Shown here one piece after another: positions 22,950 through 37,987 of a stretch of 64,000 bases of DNA. The notes beneath the pieces were generated by a model. It made no database searches. It worked only from the letters and a program-made list of their open reading frames with translations, and was not told the origin of the DNA. Numbering within the stretch: the first letter of the stretch is position 1; the number at the start of each line of letters is the position of its first letter. Made by a program: the position numbers and the translations under genes. Source of the stretch: Lama guanicoe (taxonomy: Eukaryota); the NCBI GenBank assembly GCA_013239625.1, contig MU053758.1, forward strand, positions 558,001 through 622,000. The letters run 5' to 3'.

Positions 22950-25480
22950 AAGAGCTGTTCGCTAATTTTATTTCAATTTATTTTACTTTCATTTATTTTA
23001 ATTTATCTCCTCTTAAATTGACACAGCGACCCAAGTGAAACTTGAAATGGGGGAAAGGAAGGAAATGAGCGCCGAGAGCGAGAGGCCGAGCGGTGCGAGT
23101 CAGCCGGCTGCTGCGGCCGCATCCCGGCCGCTCCCAGCCGGGCCGCCCGGCCGCGCGGGGCTGCGCCGGCTTCCTCCGCGCCCTTCCGCTCGCTGTCCGC
23201 GCTGCCGGCAACCTGGGATCTTCTCCGGAATACAGAGAAAGAGAAAAAAGAAAAACATTTGGAAGAGGGGAGCTTATTTCCTTTCCTGCTTTTGGGCACT
23301 GGTAGCCTAATTCAAAATACGGGAGTATTTCAGGGTACCTGGGAAACACGGGGTGAATTTTGGTGGCCGTTGTTTTGCTCTAAAACATCCCCTTGATTGA
23401 GGGAGAAAAACCGGGAGGGTGGCGCCTACAGCTAGACCTGCAGAGCTGATTTTTAGTCTTTATTCGATTATAAACCCTGAACTATTTAAATTTAAAGAAC
23501 AGGCGACCAGACAAAAAAGGGGAAGAGGGCTGGAAGGAAGCGAATTTAAGGAGAATGCTTAATTTGAATTTGCAAGTAAAAGGCTCCAAAACCTGCAGTT
23601 TCCCCCGTCAATGACTACTGAACCACCACCCCACCCCCCAGAAAGCACAGGGAGTTGTCCCTGAGAACGTGGGTGTATGGACATTTGGGCGGGAGAGACC
23701 AGGGTCCGGCTTTACCCTCCTCCAATTTCTGAGGTGCAGAGGTGACAATCTGGTGGTTAGACTGTTCGCCTTGGCCTCCATTGGGGCCACCTTTCTTCCC
23801 GGAGCAAAAACTAGGCCCTAGGGGATCTAAAGCCTCTACACCCGCAATGCTACAAGCCTCACTGGTGGGGTGCCCGCTATTTATAAGACTGGGAATGAAG
23901 GGGGTGTTCAGAGGGGCAAAGGGGGCACTGAGGCTTTCATTTTGCCCTAATACAAGTGGCAACCCTGGACACTGGGTGCTGCTCCAGATTCACTCCCAAA
24001 TTGCCTTAGAACAGTCCCTATGTGGAGGTTTTGGGGTGAGTTTTACTAGAATGGGGGACAGCGCTCCTGTGAGAATAGAGAGGTTCCAAAAAGAGCCCCC
24101 CTTCCCAGATGGATGCTTGTGTCTCCTCCGCCTGATTCCCTGCACCCCAAATCTCACCCCTCCTCAGATTGGGGTTTCCCCAAAAATCGAGAAGGAGAAG
24201 AAAAGAAGATGGCGACTGAGAAAAGGGTTGCTGGTGGAGCAGCCATGAAGAAATGCAATAAATTCCTTGTTGTTTTATGAAAATTTACAACTTTGTGATA
24301 GAAGTTTATGAGTGGTTGAATCCAGCGATTGGCCAGCGCCGGTCATGTGGCCGGGCGATCGTGAACATGAACTTTTTATCATTTCCCTGGTGGTTATAAT
24401 GCAGCATTCTTTTGGACACCACACCTAGGTCGGAGCACTGTCGTCCTTCAGGGCTCCAGCCTCTTGATATTTTTATACTTCAGTATCAGCTCGATAAAGC
24501 AAGAGAGAGAGAGGAAAAGACAGGGGGAGAGGAAAGAAGAGAGAGAGAGGGAGTGAGAGAGAGAGAGAGAAGGAGGGGTGGGAATTACACAAAAGAGAGA
24601 ACCAAAAATAATTTTAATTTCTAACTTAATTTTCTTGCTAATTTGGGATTTTAGTCATCATGGAGGGTAAAAGGACAATCTGCCCAGGACTGCAGCCTGA
24701 TACCATTTTTCAAAGCCAGAACTTACTCCATTTTCTATGCAAATATCAGAAAAGCGAAACACCCTCTCTCTCAACTCAGAGAAGGGGAAACAACGGCTCT
24801 CAGGTTGGGACAATATTATCTGGAAGATGAAGAAGAAACAGAACGCTCTTTTTTTTTTTTTCCCTCCTCTTTCTCCCCACCTCTTTCAATCGGAGGAAAG
24901 AAACCCCAGGGTCTGCAAAGGTAAGGGATATTCTACAATTCTCTTCTTATAGTTTTGCTTCGATTTTGTAGGGGGTGGGGCTTATGTTTGTCTCTCTCCT
25001 CCCCAACCCCCAAGACGGGGCTGAACCCCACCTCTGGGCGCTGCAGGGAGAGGCTTCCCAGGAAATTCGGTGGCTGAGAGAGGGGTGGCTGCTTCCAGGA
25101 GGGGGAGCAAGGCAGGGAAGACGGGAGGAGGAACCGAAAGGGGCCACAGAGGCGAGCTCTAAGGCGCCTTTTTAAGCTGGGAGGAGAGGTTTAAGCCAGG
25201 GGGCTGGGAAAGAGAGGATGGGGTGTCTGAGCTTTGGGGCGCTGGTAGAAGCTGGTTGCTACGGCCTCTGTGGGTTTGTGCCCCTCCCCCTCCCACCACC
25301 CCTCCCTTGTCCCTGCCTCCCCCGGTTGCCCCCATGCAGCTCTCTTGCCCGGTGCGAGTTTCCAGTATCGTATCAGTGGTTTCCCGGCAGCGTTGGCACG
25401 AGGGGCGGTGGTACTAAGGGACGTCCTGGTCTCTGGAGGGCCTGGAATCTCCGCAGAGGCCAGCGAGGGTGAGGAGGTGG
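22950..25480 (-). ncRNA. HOXB-AS3: Antisense lncRNA HOXB-AS3/Hoxb5os-like 3' exons (internal exon about 25480-25349; terminal exon about 23227-22950)
   Basis: Minus-strand acceptor TTGTTCTTTCTGTGTCTCTCTAG| (AG 25482-25481); possible GC-type donor CGG|GCAAGA; minus-strand polypyrimidine tract at about 23232-23260; three antisense AATAAA at 22967-22997; translation resembles the human HOXB-AS3 peptide as I recall it. Exon boundaries are inferred. Confidence 0.55.
24240..24920 (+). promoter_or_regulatory. Conserved-type element between HOXB7 and HOXB6: distal promoter plus non-coding first exon of a long HOXB6 transcript
   Basis: TTTATG/TTTAC cluster at 24255-24310, GATTGG (reverse CCAAT), GTCATGTG E-box variant, TTATAA, GA-rich leader, strong donor GCAAAG|GTAAGG at 24920/24921. 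Confidence 0.55.
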
Positions 25481-28400
25481 CTAGAGAGACACAGAAAGAA
25501 CAATTCACAGAGAAATACTCATTATCTCCCTTCGGAGACATTTCTGAAATTAAAGGGCTATGGGTGGAGGCACCCAAATAAAGGGAGAGCCCCCCAGGAA
25601 GCCTTCCTGAGAATGCCAGGTCTTTCGCCACTCCCGCAGGAGGGAGCCTCGCTCTGCAGGGAGACAATTTTGTGGTTTTTAATGCGGTAGGTTACAGCGT
25701 GTTGGTTTCTGTGCAATATTGATTCTAATATTTGTGTCTATTGGTATGAGGTGTGTGGATTTCGGTGCAGGAGAAAAGTGTGCATCTGATATGGAAACAT
25801 TTCAAACTTTCCTGGATCTAAATGTGGTGATTGTGAAGGAGCTGTTTAGCATGTTGTTGTTTTAGGCTTGTAAATAAGAAAAAAGAGAGAAAAAACAATT
25901 AAAAGAAAATCCCATTAGGGGACCTGAATGTATCCAGACTGGAAAGCTGCCTGGCACTGAGCTCAGACACCTAGTCCTGTCCCTCCGGCGCCTGATTCAT
26001 TCCCCAGCCAGGCCTCCTGGGGGGTGGGGGAGAAGAACCTTTGGGCGGGAGGCTGAGATTCCTAAAGTAGCTGGTGGGGTGGAAGAAGGTGTAAGCTGCT
26101 AGGTGAGGACTTAAAAATAGAGTGAGAGGGCTTCTGGGGAAGCTGTGAGTCTAGAGATAAGTGTATTTGGGCGCCAAGGGCAGGAGAGACTGTGATTTAG
26201 TTTGGTTTGAAGGAATAGGTAATTGCTTTCCTCTTTTTAAAGACCAGATGCAGAGCATTCAGCCTCGGGCCTCTGTCTGCCTAGGGATTATGGGGTCTGG
26301 GCGTGTGTAGAGGGATCCTGGACGTCTGTCTTGAGCTGGGAAGAGAGAGACGCAGCCACTTGTGGCGTGGAAGGGGGGCCCCTGGAGGCACAGGTAGCTG
26401 CCCTCGAAGCAGGCCCGGAATGGGTGCCTGAAGCGCGCCGAGGGCGGCGCGTACCCCCGCCCTCGGCTGTGTATCGAGAGAAGTTCTCGGTCAGCACCCA
26501 CGGCACTCAGAGCCTATTCTCAAAACGAAAAATTTCGCAAACCCACCCAGACTAAAGGTCTTTTTCTCCTGTAGTCTTGGCGGGGCATAAATCATCCCTT
26601 TGACAGTTTGCTCTGACCCAAATTATGCGGTTTGCTGCCATCTACCGTCCGTTTGGAGACATGCGGCTTTGGCTCCGCAAGCCCCGCGACACTGCCTGAA
26701 CCCGGAGGCCCCGCCGCTCGTGTTCGGCGGGATTCTGGGGGCTTCGGCCCAGATTGTTGCTTTCTGCTGGATCTTGGTTCTCGCCTGCCCGCGTGTGGAT
26801 TCAAGAACAAATGTTCTCTCCCCCTTGGCAGCCGCATCCCAGAGCCAAACCTAGCGGCTGGCTGGGGGAAGCGGCTTTTTCTAGGGTATATTTTAAAAGG
26901 ACTAATGCTGCATCCCGCGGGCAGGCAGGGGGCCCTGAATCAAAGGGTTGAGGGGAAATCAGAATGAGAGCCCTCTCCCCTCTACCCCATCAAAGCGCAA
27001 GAGGGGATCACCAGGGCCGCTAGGGAGATACCAGGCCAAGACTGCTCAAGGTTTATTTGGTTTTCTTTTCGGCCAAGGGTGGGGGCCAGCAGGGGAGGCG
27101 CCGAACCCGGCAGTTCCACTCGGTTGTCAAAAGACAAACCGGGTCTGTGTTCTCCGTGTTGGCTAGTGGGTCTTGCCAGTTTCTTGGCCGGTGAGTCTGT
27201 GGTGAAGGAATTGAGCTGAGTTTTCGGGAAACTATGGTGTAAGCAAGTGAGTGTGAGTCCCCTTCCCCATTCCCGATCGTTTCAGGCGAAATCGACACAG
27301 ATATGCTTTGGGGAAAAAATGGGGAGTGGGAGTGGGGATCAATCATTAAGGAACCAAGCCATTGTAATTTCCGTTCCTGCCGGACCCCTCACACCCGCTT
27401 AAGCCGACTGCTTTCCCAGAAGGGGGTGGCGAGGGCGGGGGTACGCGCCGCTGCCGCCGCCTTTGAATATTGGCCCCTGTCTCACGGGTTACTGATTAGC
27501 TCGGGCTTTCAAGCTGCAGGAGGAAGCTCTGGTCGCTCCTTTCAAGGTGCTGTGGCCCCAGTTCCTGGGCGGGGGCTCCAGGAAATTGCCTGCGGTGCCA
27601 GGCAGGCCGAGGTGTTACTAGGGTCTGGCTCGGAGTTGGAGGAGCTGCCGAGGTCGAGGGGCCCAGCGGTACTGGGAGCAAATGCGGGGGCTGCGACCCC
27701 TCTAGGCTTCGGTGCCCCGAGAGTCTGGGCAGCAGGAGCAGTCCTTTCAGCTTTTCAGCAGAGAATGATTTTCTGGCGGCTAGAAGGCCAGCCCAGTGCG
27801 AGAGGCCCCAGGGGAGCACGCCTGAAAAGTCTTGGGCCCCTCGGAGGTTTTTTCTTCAGGCAAGCGAAGGACAGGTAGGGAGGGGAAGGCGGCTGGTACA
27901 GAGGGATGAAACACTTCAGAGCTCTTATGGTGCTGGTGCTGGTGGACCCAGGGAGAGGGAACAGAGCGCCACTGCTTCCCGGAACAGAGACGATGTCGTT
28001 CATTTGCATAATGGAAATGATGCTTTTGTGCCGCGAGTTGGACCAGCCAATTTTAAGGCAATGTCCCTACTAAACAGCTCTCAAAGGTTGGGAGTGGCCA
28101 CACTGCTCCCCTGGGAACATTAATGTTCCCCAAACCCAGAGAAACACACAGAATCCAGGGGAAGAACTAGGTTGAGATGTTTTAATTCACCCCACCCCAG
28201 CCAGGGTTGAGAGTGGGGTGGGGGAAGGTGTCCACAGCCCAAAGAGCTGGGTGTGGGGGGGGGGAGCTTGGCAGATGAGAGGAAATAGAAAGCCTGGACA
28301 ATGTCTCAATCCCCCCTCCCCTACACATACCTACTGGCAAATACCCTCCCTGAGGTTACCGGTAAAGGAGACTTTTACTTCCAAATTGAACACAACTTAG

Positions 28401-31171
28401 ACATTTTCCTGGGAGCTGGAATGTGTGTACCTCCACAAGACCACAGATTCACAGCTCAGAAAATTACAACTATAAATCCTGCCTGTGGGGTTTCTAGACA
28501 ATCCTCCTGTGCGTACTCCAGACTTGGTACATATTTATATCCACCTCTCCATATACACACTTTCTCCTTGAGCAGGGAGAGACACCCCGAACCAGCTGGT
28601 GGCTGTGCCTGCTGTGCATTTACATATTTCCCCTTGAAGACAGATCGACAACGGCAGTGGATCGAACCACAGACATATTCTTAGAGATCTGGCTCCAGAA
28701 ACCAGGCGGCCTCTGGCTCAGCCCTGCCTGCCTGCTCTTTCTCCCAAACAAACGGATCAGACGAATAAACGCTCATAAATACCTCTGGGCTTAGATAAGA
28801 GCGATGAGGCGCTATTTCCTTTCATGCTGGACTCCAGGCGCCCAGGCCCTGCTTTTGCGGCTCCATCTCATGACAGGCAACCTGCAGAGGTGAGGTTAAT
28901 TTGGGGGTATAGCTCTAAGGATAAGGAGATTATTTCATGCTTCTATCACAGGGAAAATCTTCCTCCCTCATTGGATCTTGTGTCATCCAGGCTTCACAGG
29001 AAAGCCCACACCTTTCAGTCTTAGTATGAAGACATTGTGGCCAGAGAGGAGGCAGGGTGGGCTGAGGCCTAAGGCCCGGCCTCCGTGGCAAGGAGGAGGG
29101 AGATACACAAGGCTCTCTCCCACCTTGCTCCTCCTGCCCAAAAGTTTCCTGTTCCTCTGTAGAAGTGGGCCTAATCACAGCTAGATTGGATCACTTGTGA
29201 CTCCATTATTAGGAAGCTTGAGTTTATTTTCTTAAATCTCGACAAAATCCCGATAGAGTCAGGGTAGGAAGTAGTTGATGGGGCAACCAGGAATAGCCAC
29301 TTAGCCATGAAGGTACAGCCCAGAAGTTGTCCTAAGCTCAGGGAGCTTTGTAAGCCATTTTGCAAGCAACCAAGTTCCCACCCTTGGTCACCAACCTCAG
29401 CCCTCTACCACTTTTCCTAGTGTCTTGTGCCATCTTCAGTGGGCAGAACTGGCCCACAAAAAGGAGCCCAGAGAACAAATCAGAGGAGGGTCAGCCTAGC
29501 CCTTTCATCATCAGATTTTGTCCCACACCCTGGCCTTTTCTTTGTTCCAGGTCTAAAGGTTGTCACCCTTTACTGCCTGGCCTCCATGTGCACATTATAA
29601 TGTTAAAACCACACTGTGACTCAGGCTTCCAGCCTGGCTCTAATACTCATTTTCCTTAGATGAAGGAGAAAGAGAATGTCGGAGATGCACACCGTCTCTT
29701 GCACCAAAGCTTGTAGACAGCAAGCTGGTGATACAAACACGAGTTATAGGAGGGGTTGCAGAGATGCTGAGAGACAGACAGAAGGGTGGCAAGTATCTGG
29801 AGAGGGGATGCAGAATGATACGTTGTAAGCTGCCTACTGAGACCTCAGGAGGCCCCCCCCATAAAACTGAACAAAACTCAAGTCTTGAGAAAGAATTAAT
29901 TTTAAAAAGAACTGCCAGCTTCTAGAGAGACCTGAAAAGGAGTGAGGGCCCCCTCTCTTCCCTGTGTTCTCTGATTGCCTCCTATATCAGGAGGGTTTGA
30001 GGACCTAGAACTGGAGAGGGAAAAATTTCTTCCCTGTACCCAGACTTACTGAAACATCTTTGATTCCTAAGATTCTGTCACCCAGCGTATTCTAATGTCT
30101 TTTGGGGAAGGAGGTGGGATGGAGTGAGGGTTGCAGGCAAGATAGGGGTCAGACAAACTTAGGCTGGGGGATGTCTCTCCCCCTACTCTCCCTATCCCCA
30201 AGTGAAGAGAGGACTAGTCCCTCTTCCCAGTGCCCCCTTCCTGTGCCAAGACCAAGCAGTACATACTAGAACCAGGTAAGACGTCTTGTGCAGCAGTGGC
30301 CGTAGCCTTCCCAGAAGCTCCTGGCCTAGCCGCACAGCTAGTGAGAGAAGCTTGGGCTCAGACCCTCCTCCCAATTCTCGGCCTTCTGGGTCTTCTGGGC
30401 TGCCCCTCAGACCATAAGAGTTGGTGGAGAAGCAGAAATAATAAACCCAGGCTTGGAGGAGACACAGTAGATCTGAGAAACAGGAAAAACGGTTTTCAAA
30501 ACCCGAGGAGAGGGTTTCATCTTCTTCGCGTCTCTTTCTGAAAACGATGCTAATCAGCGGAGAACTCATCTCTCCTCTATCAACACAAAACCCGAGAAAC
30601 AAGCCTTCTCCTTTAGTTCTCTCCTAAGGAGATTGAGGTTCGAGATTTGGATATATTTACCCACCTTCCCTAGAGGGAAGGGGCTCAAGCAACGCAGGGG
30701 TTAACTTTTCTGAAAACACAATTAACTTTTCCCTATCCTGCATGGGGAGGGGAGGGATATATTTAATCACTGGAGGATGGGGTGGTCTCAATCGAAGTGC
30801 TCCCTCCTCTCGCAAGACGCCTCTTTCGCAGATCCTACGTAGGTGGAAGGGGAAGCGTTATGCTGTTGGGGAGAGAGAGAAAGCAGAAGGAGAAGAAGGA
30901 GGGGGGAAAAAAGGTTGATAGGTTTGTGCGCGGGTCCCTCGCGCGGGCTGCGCTCCTCCTGGGTGCTATTTGACAATTCCTGCCTCTGCCATTGGTCAGT
31001 GTTGGATCAGATGGTTGTATTTCCTTCTGGCCCTCACTGGCACCTCGCCATCCCCCCTCAGCTAAAACCCAATCTCAGATATACTACTAATAGGCGCGGC
31101 GCTCGGACTATAAAACACAACAAATCATAAACCCGGCGGAGCAGCAGCGGCCGTGCGCGCCTCCCCTCCCA

Positions 31172-32885
<1,714 letters not shown>

Positions 32886-33353
32886 AGGCGCTGAAAGGGT
32901 GGTGGTTGTGGGGGACGCAAAGGGAGAGGCCTCTGGGGAGCCGAGGGCATCCGAGAGCCTCGAGAAGGCTCTGCGGGCGGGGGAGCCTGGGGAATTGCTC
33001 TCCTGAGCCCAACAGGCGGGGCCCAGCGCTCTCCCGGACCCCCGCCCGCAGATCTGTCGCTGGGTGCTGGGAGGCCGTGCTGCCTGAGCCCACCCAGCAC
33101 CCCAGCGCCCCCTCCATCCCTGCGGAACCGCCTCAGCCCGAACAGGCTCCCCTGTGAGAACTGAGGACCGGACTCACTTGATGTTTCCTGGAAGCAGAGC
33201 AGAATGCTCTTGTCCGTGTCGCGTCTCATTTCTTCCATGTCCCCGGTGCACGGTTCAATGGTAGATTCGCAGTTTCCTCAGCGGGGGGGCTCGAAGACTC
33301 CCTGACCCCAGACCTCTCCCATTCCCTCCCCAAAGCCACTGGAAGGAGCACAT

Positions 33354-33361
33354 ACTACCTA
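33354..33361 (+). promoter_or_regulatory. miR-196 8mer seed site in the HOXB6 3'UTR
   Basis: ACTACCTA between the stop (32885) and AATAAA (33503). Confidence 0.7.
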
Positions 33362-33502
33362 GAAGTAAGAAGAGGAGCCTCAGAAGAAAACAAAGTTCTA
33401 TTTTATTAATTTTCTATGTGTTGTGTTTGTAGTCTTGTCTTAGTTCTGGACGTGAAATACTTCGGTAATAATATTAATATTATTAATAATGATAATAATA
33501 AT

Positions 33503-33508
33503 AATAAA
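33503..33508 (+). terminator. HOXB6 polyadenylation signal
   Basis: AATAAA at the end of an (AAT)n-rich tract. Confidence 0.7.
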
Positions 33509-35269
33509 GATGTAAAAACTCGCCGCTTAGTCACCTCTGCTCCTCCCCTGCCACTCCCCCACCCCCACCGCCACCCCTGCGTCCCCGTGCCGGAAACTCG
33601 GCAGCAAAGGCAGAAGCCCTGGTCGGCCCCAGCGGGCCAGACACGACTCGGAAGTTACAGTTGAGATAAAGGCTGCAGCGGTCCCGCCCAGGCTCCAGCA
33701 CCGCGCCCGCCAGTACTGAGGCTCACAACGGCCTCTCCTGGTGCAGACTTGGGGGACTCATTCTCTAGCATTTCCTCGTTTGTCGATGGCACGAGGACCA
33801 CCACCAAGGGCCCTTAGCCGGGAGCTCCTGCAGAGACCGAGCCAGGCGAGTCTTGCGCCTCAGCAGCACTGTTCTGTCCGCATGATCGCTGAGGCCCGCC
33901 GTCTTTGGCCTGCCCACATTGGCCTGATCTCCGCCGGCCTTGGCCCTCCGCTCCTGGCCTGTGGCTCTGGAGACTAAATTGGGGCCACTGGGTAGTTATC
34001 TCTCCGCTGGCAGCTAAAGGCTCCAGGCATCCCTTCCTGTCTCAAGTAGTAGCTCAGTGACAAGTAGGGGAATGTGAGGCCATCAGCAGGCACGGGGTAA
34101 AGGACAAGATTTTCTCTTGCTCTTTGGAGACCTCAGGGCGGGAGGCCAGGTGATGGGGCAGTTCGGTCTCATCCCATCAACCAAAACCGACCCATTCTAT
34201 CCCCACCCCACCCCTCACCCAAGCAGCAAGCTGCAGAGACTGTTTTCCTTTCTTCCTCCTTCTCGCTCTCTTTTTTATTTTTAAAGAAAATAGCCGCCTG
34301 GCAGAAGGGGCCCAGCTGTGGCGGTCTCTGGCTGCCCAGAGTGCTCAGGAAGGCACTGCCGGTCCTCGGAACCCCTTTCTGGGGAAGGAGTGGGCCTCTC
34401 GGCAAATTCTGAAACTACCCAGCCACCAGAATGGGACTTTGAGTGGAGCTTCCCAAAGCAATAGCAGGCATCTGGTGAGGAGGTGAAAGGGTTCTACCTT
34501 GATCCCAAACTCTGAGAGCCACATTTACACCCAGACCCCAATCCCCGACGCTGTAGACCTTGCGGTTTTTCTCACAACCAGGCCGCTTAGCACCAGCTGG
34601 GCTTGTCTTCTGGGGTCCCTGTCATGCTCTGCCACCCCTCCGTTGTAGGCTAAGGACGAGGAGGAAGTCAGGAAGAGGATTCCAGACTTCTAAGAGGATC
34701 AGGAGAAGTGAAAGCTTTTCCTTCAAACCCTTGGCTCAGCCCTGTCGGCTCAGTCTGGATGCTGTGGACTGGCCATTGCAGCCGGGTCAGGAAGCAGGCC
34801 AGGCCAAGCTCACAAGGAAACCAGTTGCAATAATTGTTTTTCACACATCTTCCAACCTCCCTCTCATTTCCGCCCCCAACTTTGAGATTTGCAAAGCCCC
34901 AGTAAAGGAAGAGCAACTCAATCTTTGATCATCTTATCCAGAGTTAAAATAATAGTAATAATAATGACAGGGAGAAGGACACAGAGAGACGAATTCCACT
35001 TCCATATAAGTGGGTAAAGGTTCAATCTGGTCTTTCCTCTAAAAGATTCAACCCTGCGGGTGAGCCTAGGCCAGGTTTCTTTTTAGCCGAGCGATAGCAC
35101 AGAGCCAGCAGGGAGGTCGCCGTCGCCGCCATGGCGGTCTGCGGCCCGTGCTCCCGCCGTTCGCCGGGAGGTGGCGCGCTCTGCTCAGAGGCTGCCGTCA
35201 ACCTTCTCCCTGTTTCTCCCCCTTCTCCTTTTTTCCCCTCTCTCCGAGGCTCGCATTGAATCGGCCCTA

Positions 35270-35535
35270 ACGATTCTCGGATCGTCATTATTTGTAACCA
35301 TAGAGCATGAATTACCTCTTGAGGTCATCAGCGAGAATTTACGACTGGTCAACAAAAGCACGTGATTCTCTAACGCCCCCCCATCCCCCTTCCAACCTCC
35401 CCCCCCCATATTTGGCCGCATACATAGCAAAACGAAGTACAGTGCATCGCTATAATTCATTAATACATCATAAATCGTGAAGCACAGGGTTATAACGACC
35501 ACGATCCACAAATCAAGCCCTCCAAAATCACCCAA
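35270..35535 (+). promoter_or_regulatory. HOXB5 proximal promoter / 5' leader
   Basis: AT-rich Hox5-type upstream block with CACGTG (35359-35364), TATAATTCATTAATA and the ACAAATCAAG leader directly before the ATG. Confidence 0.65.
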
Positions 35536-37020
<1,485 letters not shown>

Positions 37021-37981
37021 GCCCGCCGGGAGGAGCCCTGGGCGGCCCAAGAGCCCGTGCCGCCCCCAGCCCCGGCCCCTCCAAGCCTCCCCGCGCTGCC
37101 GCCGCCCGCTGGGGACCGGTTCCCACGAGCCTGCCTCGCCCGGGCCCTGTGTTATGATTTTTCGTTTGGTCTTAGGTCTTCCTGTGGCTCCCTCTCTCCT
37201 GGACTGGTTAATCTTGTTATTATTGTTAATAATAATGATAATTATTATTTTCCCTCCATGGTCCCCACTCCCCTCCGCTCACCCCAAATCTGCCAGTGTT
37301 TCTGAATGTTCGTGTCTGTGGTTGCACTCCTTTCCCCAGGAAAAAAATGAAACTCGCATGTTTAATGTGAACTTTCCCCTCCCCATCTATGTTCTTCTAA
37401 CTTATTTATAAAAAGATGATCGCAGTATTTTGAGTTTCAGCTTGAAACTTCTCTAAAAGGGGCGGCAGTTGAGGTGGGGTAATGCCGCAGCACCGGGGCC
37501 CAGCTGAGCTGGCCTCCAGAGAAGCAGTCCATGACTGTGTCTCTTTCCACCATCCTCTTCCTCCTCCCTCCCCACTCCTAGGCCCAAGTCTCCCAGTGGC
37601 TTGGTCCTGGGGTGAGAGGGGGCTAGGGAGGACCAAAGGAGTGATGTTGAGAAGAGGGAAGGTAAATAGTGAGACTGAAGTTCCTGCCGTCTGGGTAGGC
37701 CCCGCAAGGCCTGGTCTGGGAGCACCCGGAAACAAAAATAATCCTCAGTGTAAAATGTCTTGTGTATTTCTCTGTGAATCGATGGGTCTGGGATAGAGGG
37801 CCCAAAGCTTGTAAATATGGGGATAGTCTGGGTCAGACCCATCCCCTCCTCCCCACCCATTTCGCTTCTGAGACCATTTGTAGTGAGCAAGTGGATGCTG
37901 TGCTCCGTGTGAAATCTGTCTTTGCCGGGCCTGTCTCAGTGATTCGCTTTTGGTATTTGTTTGTAGCTTTCCTTGAAGTCA

Positions 37982-37987
37982 AATAAA
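37982..37987 (+). terminator. HOXB5 polyadenylation signal
   Basis: AATAAA followed by U/GU-rich sequence. Confidence 0.7.

Noticed and set aside
35484..35490. miR-10 seed match ACAGGGT
   Set aside because: Lies in the HOXB5 5' leader rather than a 3'UTR; a lone 7mer is expected by chance
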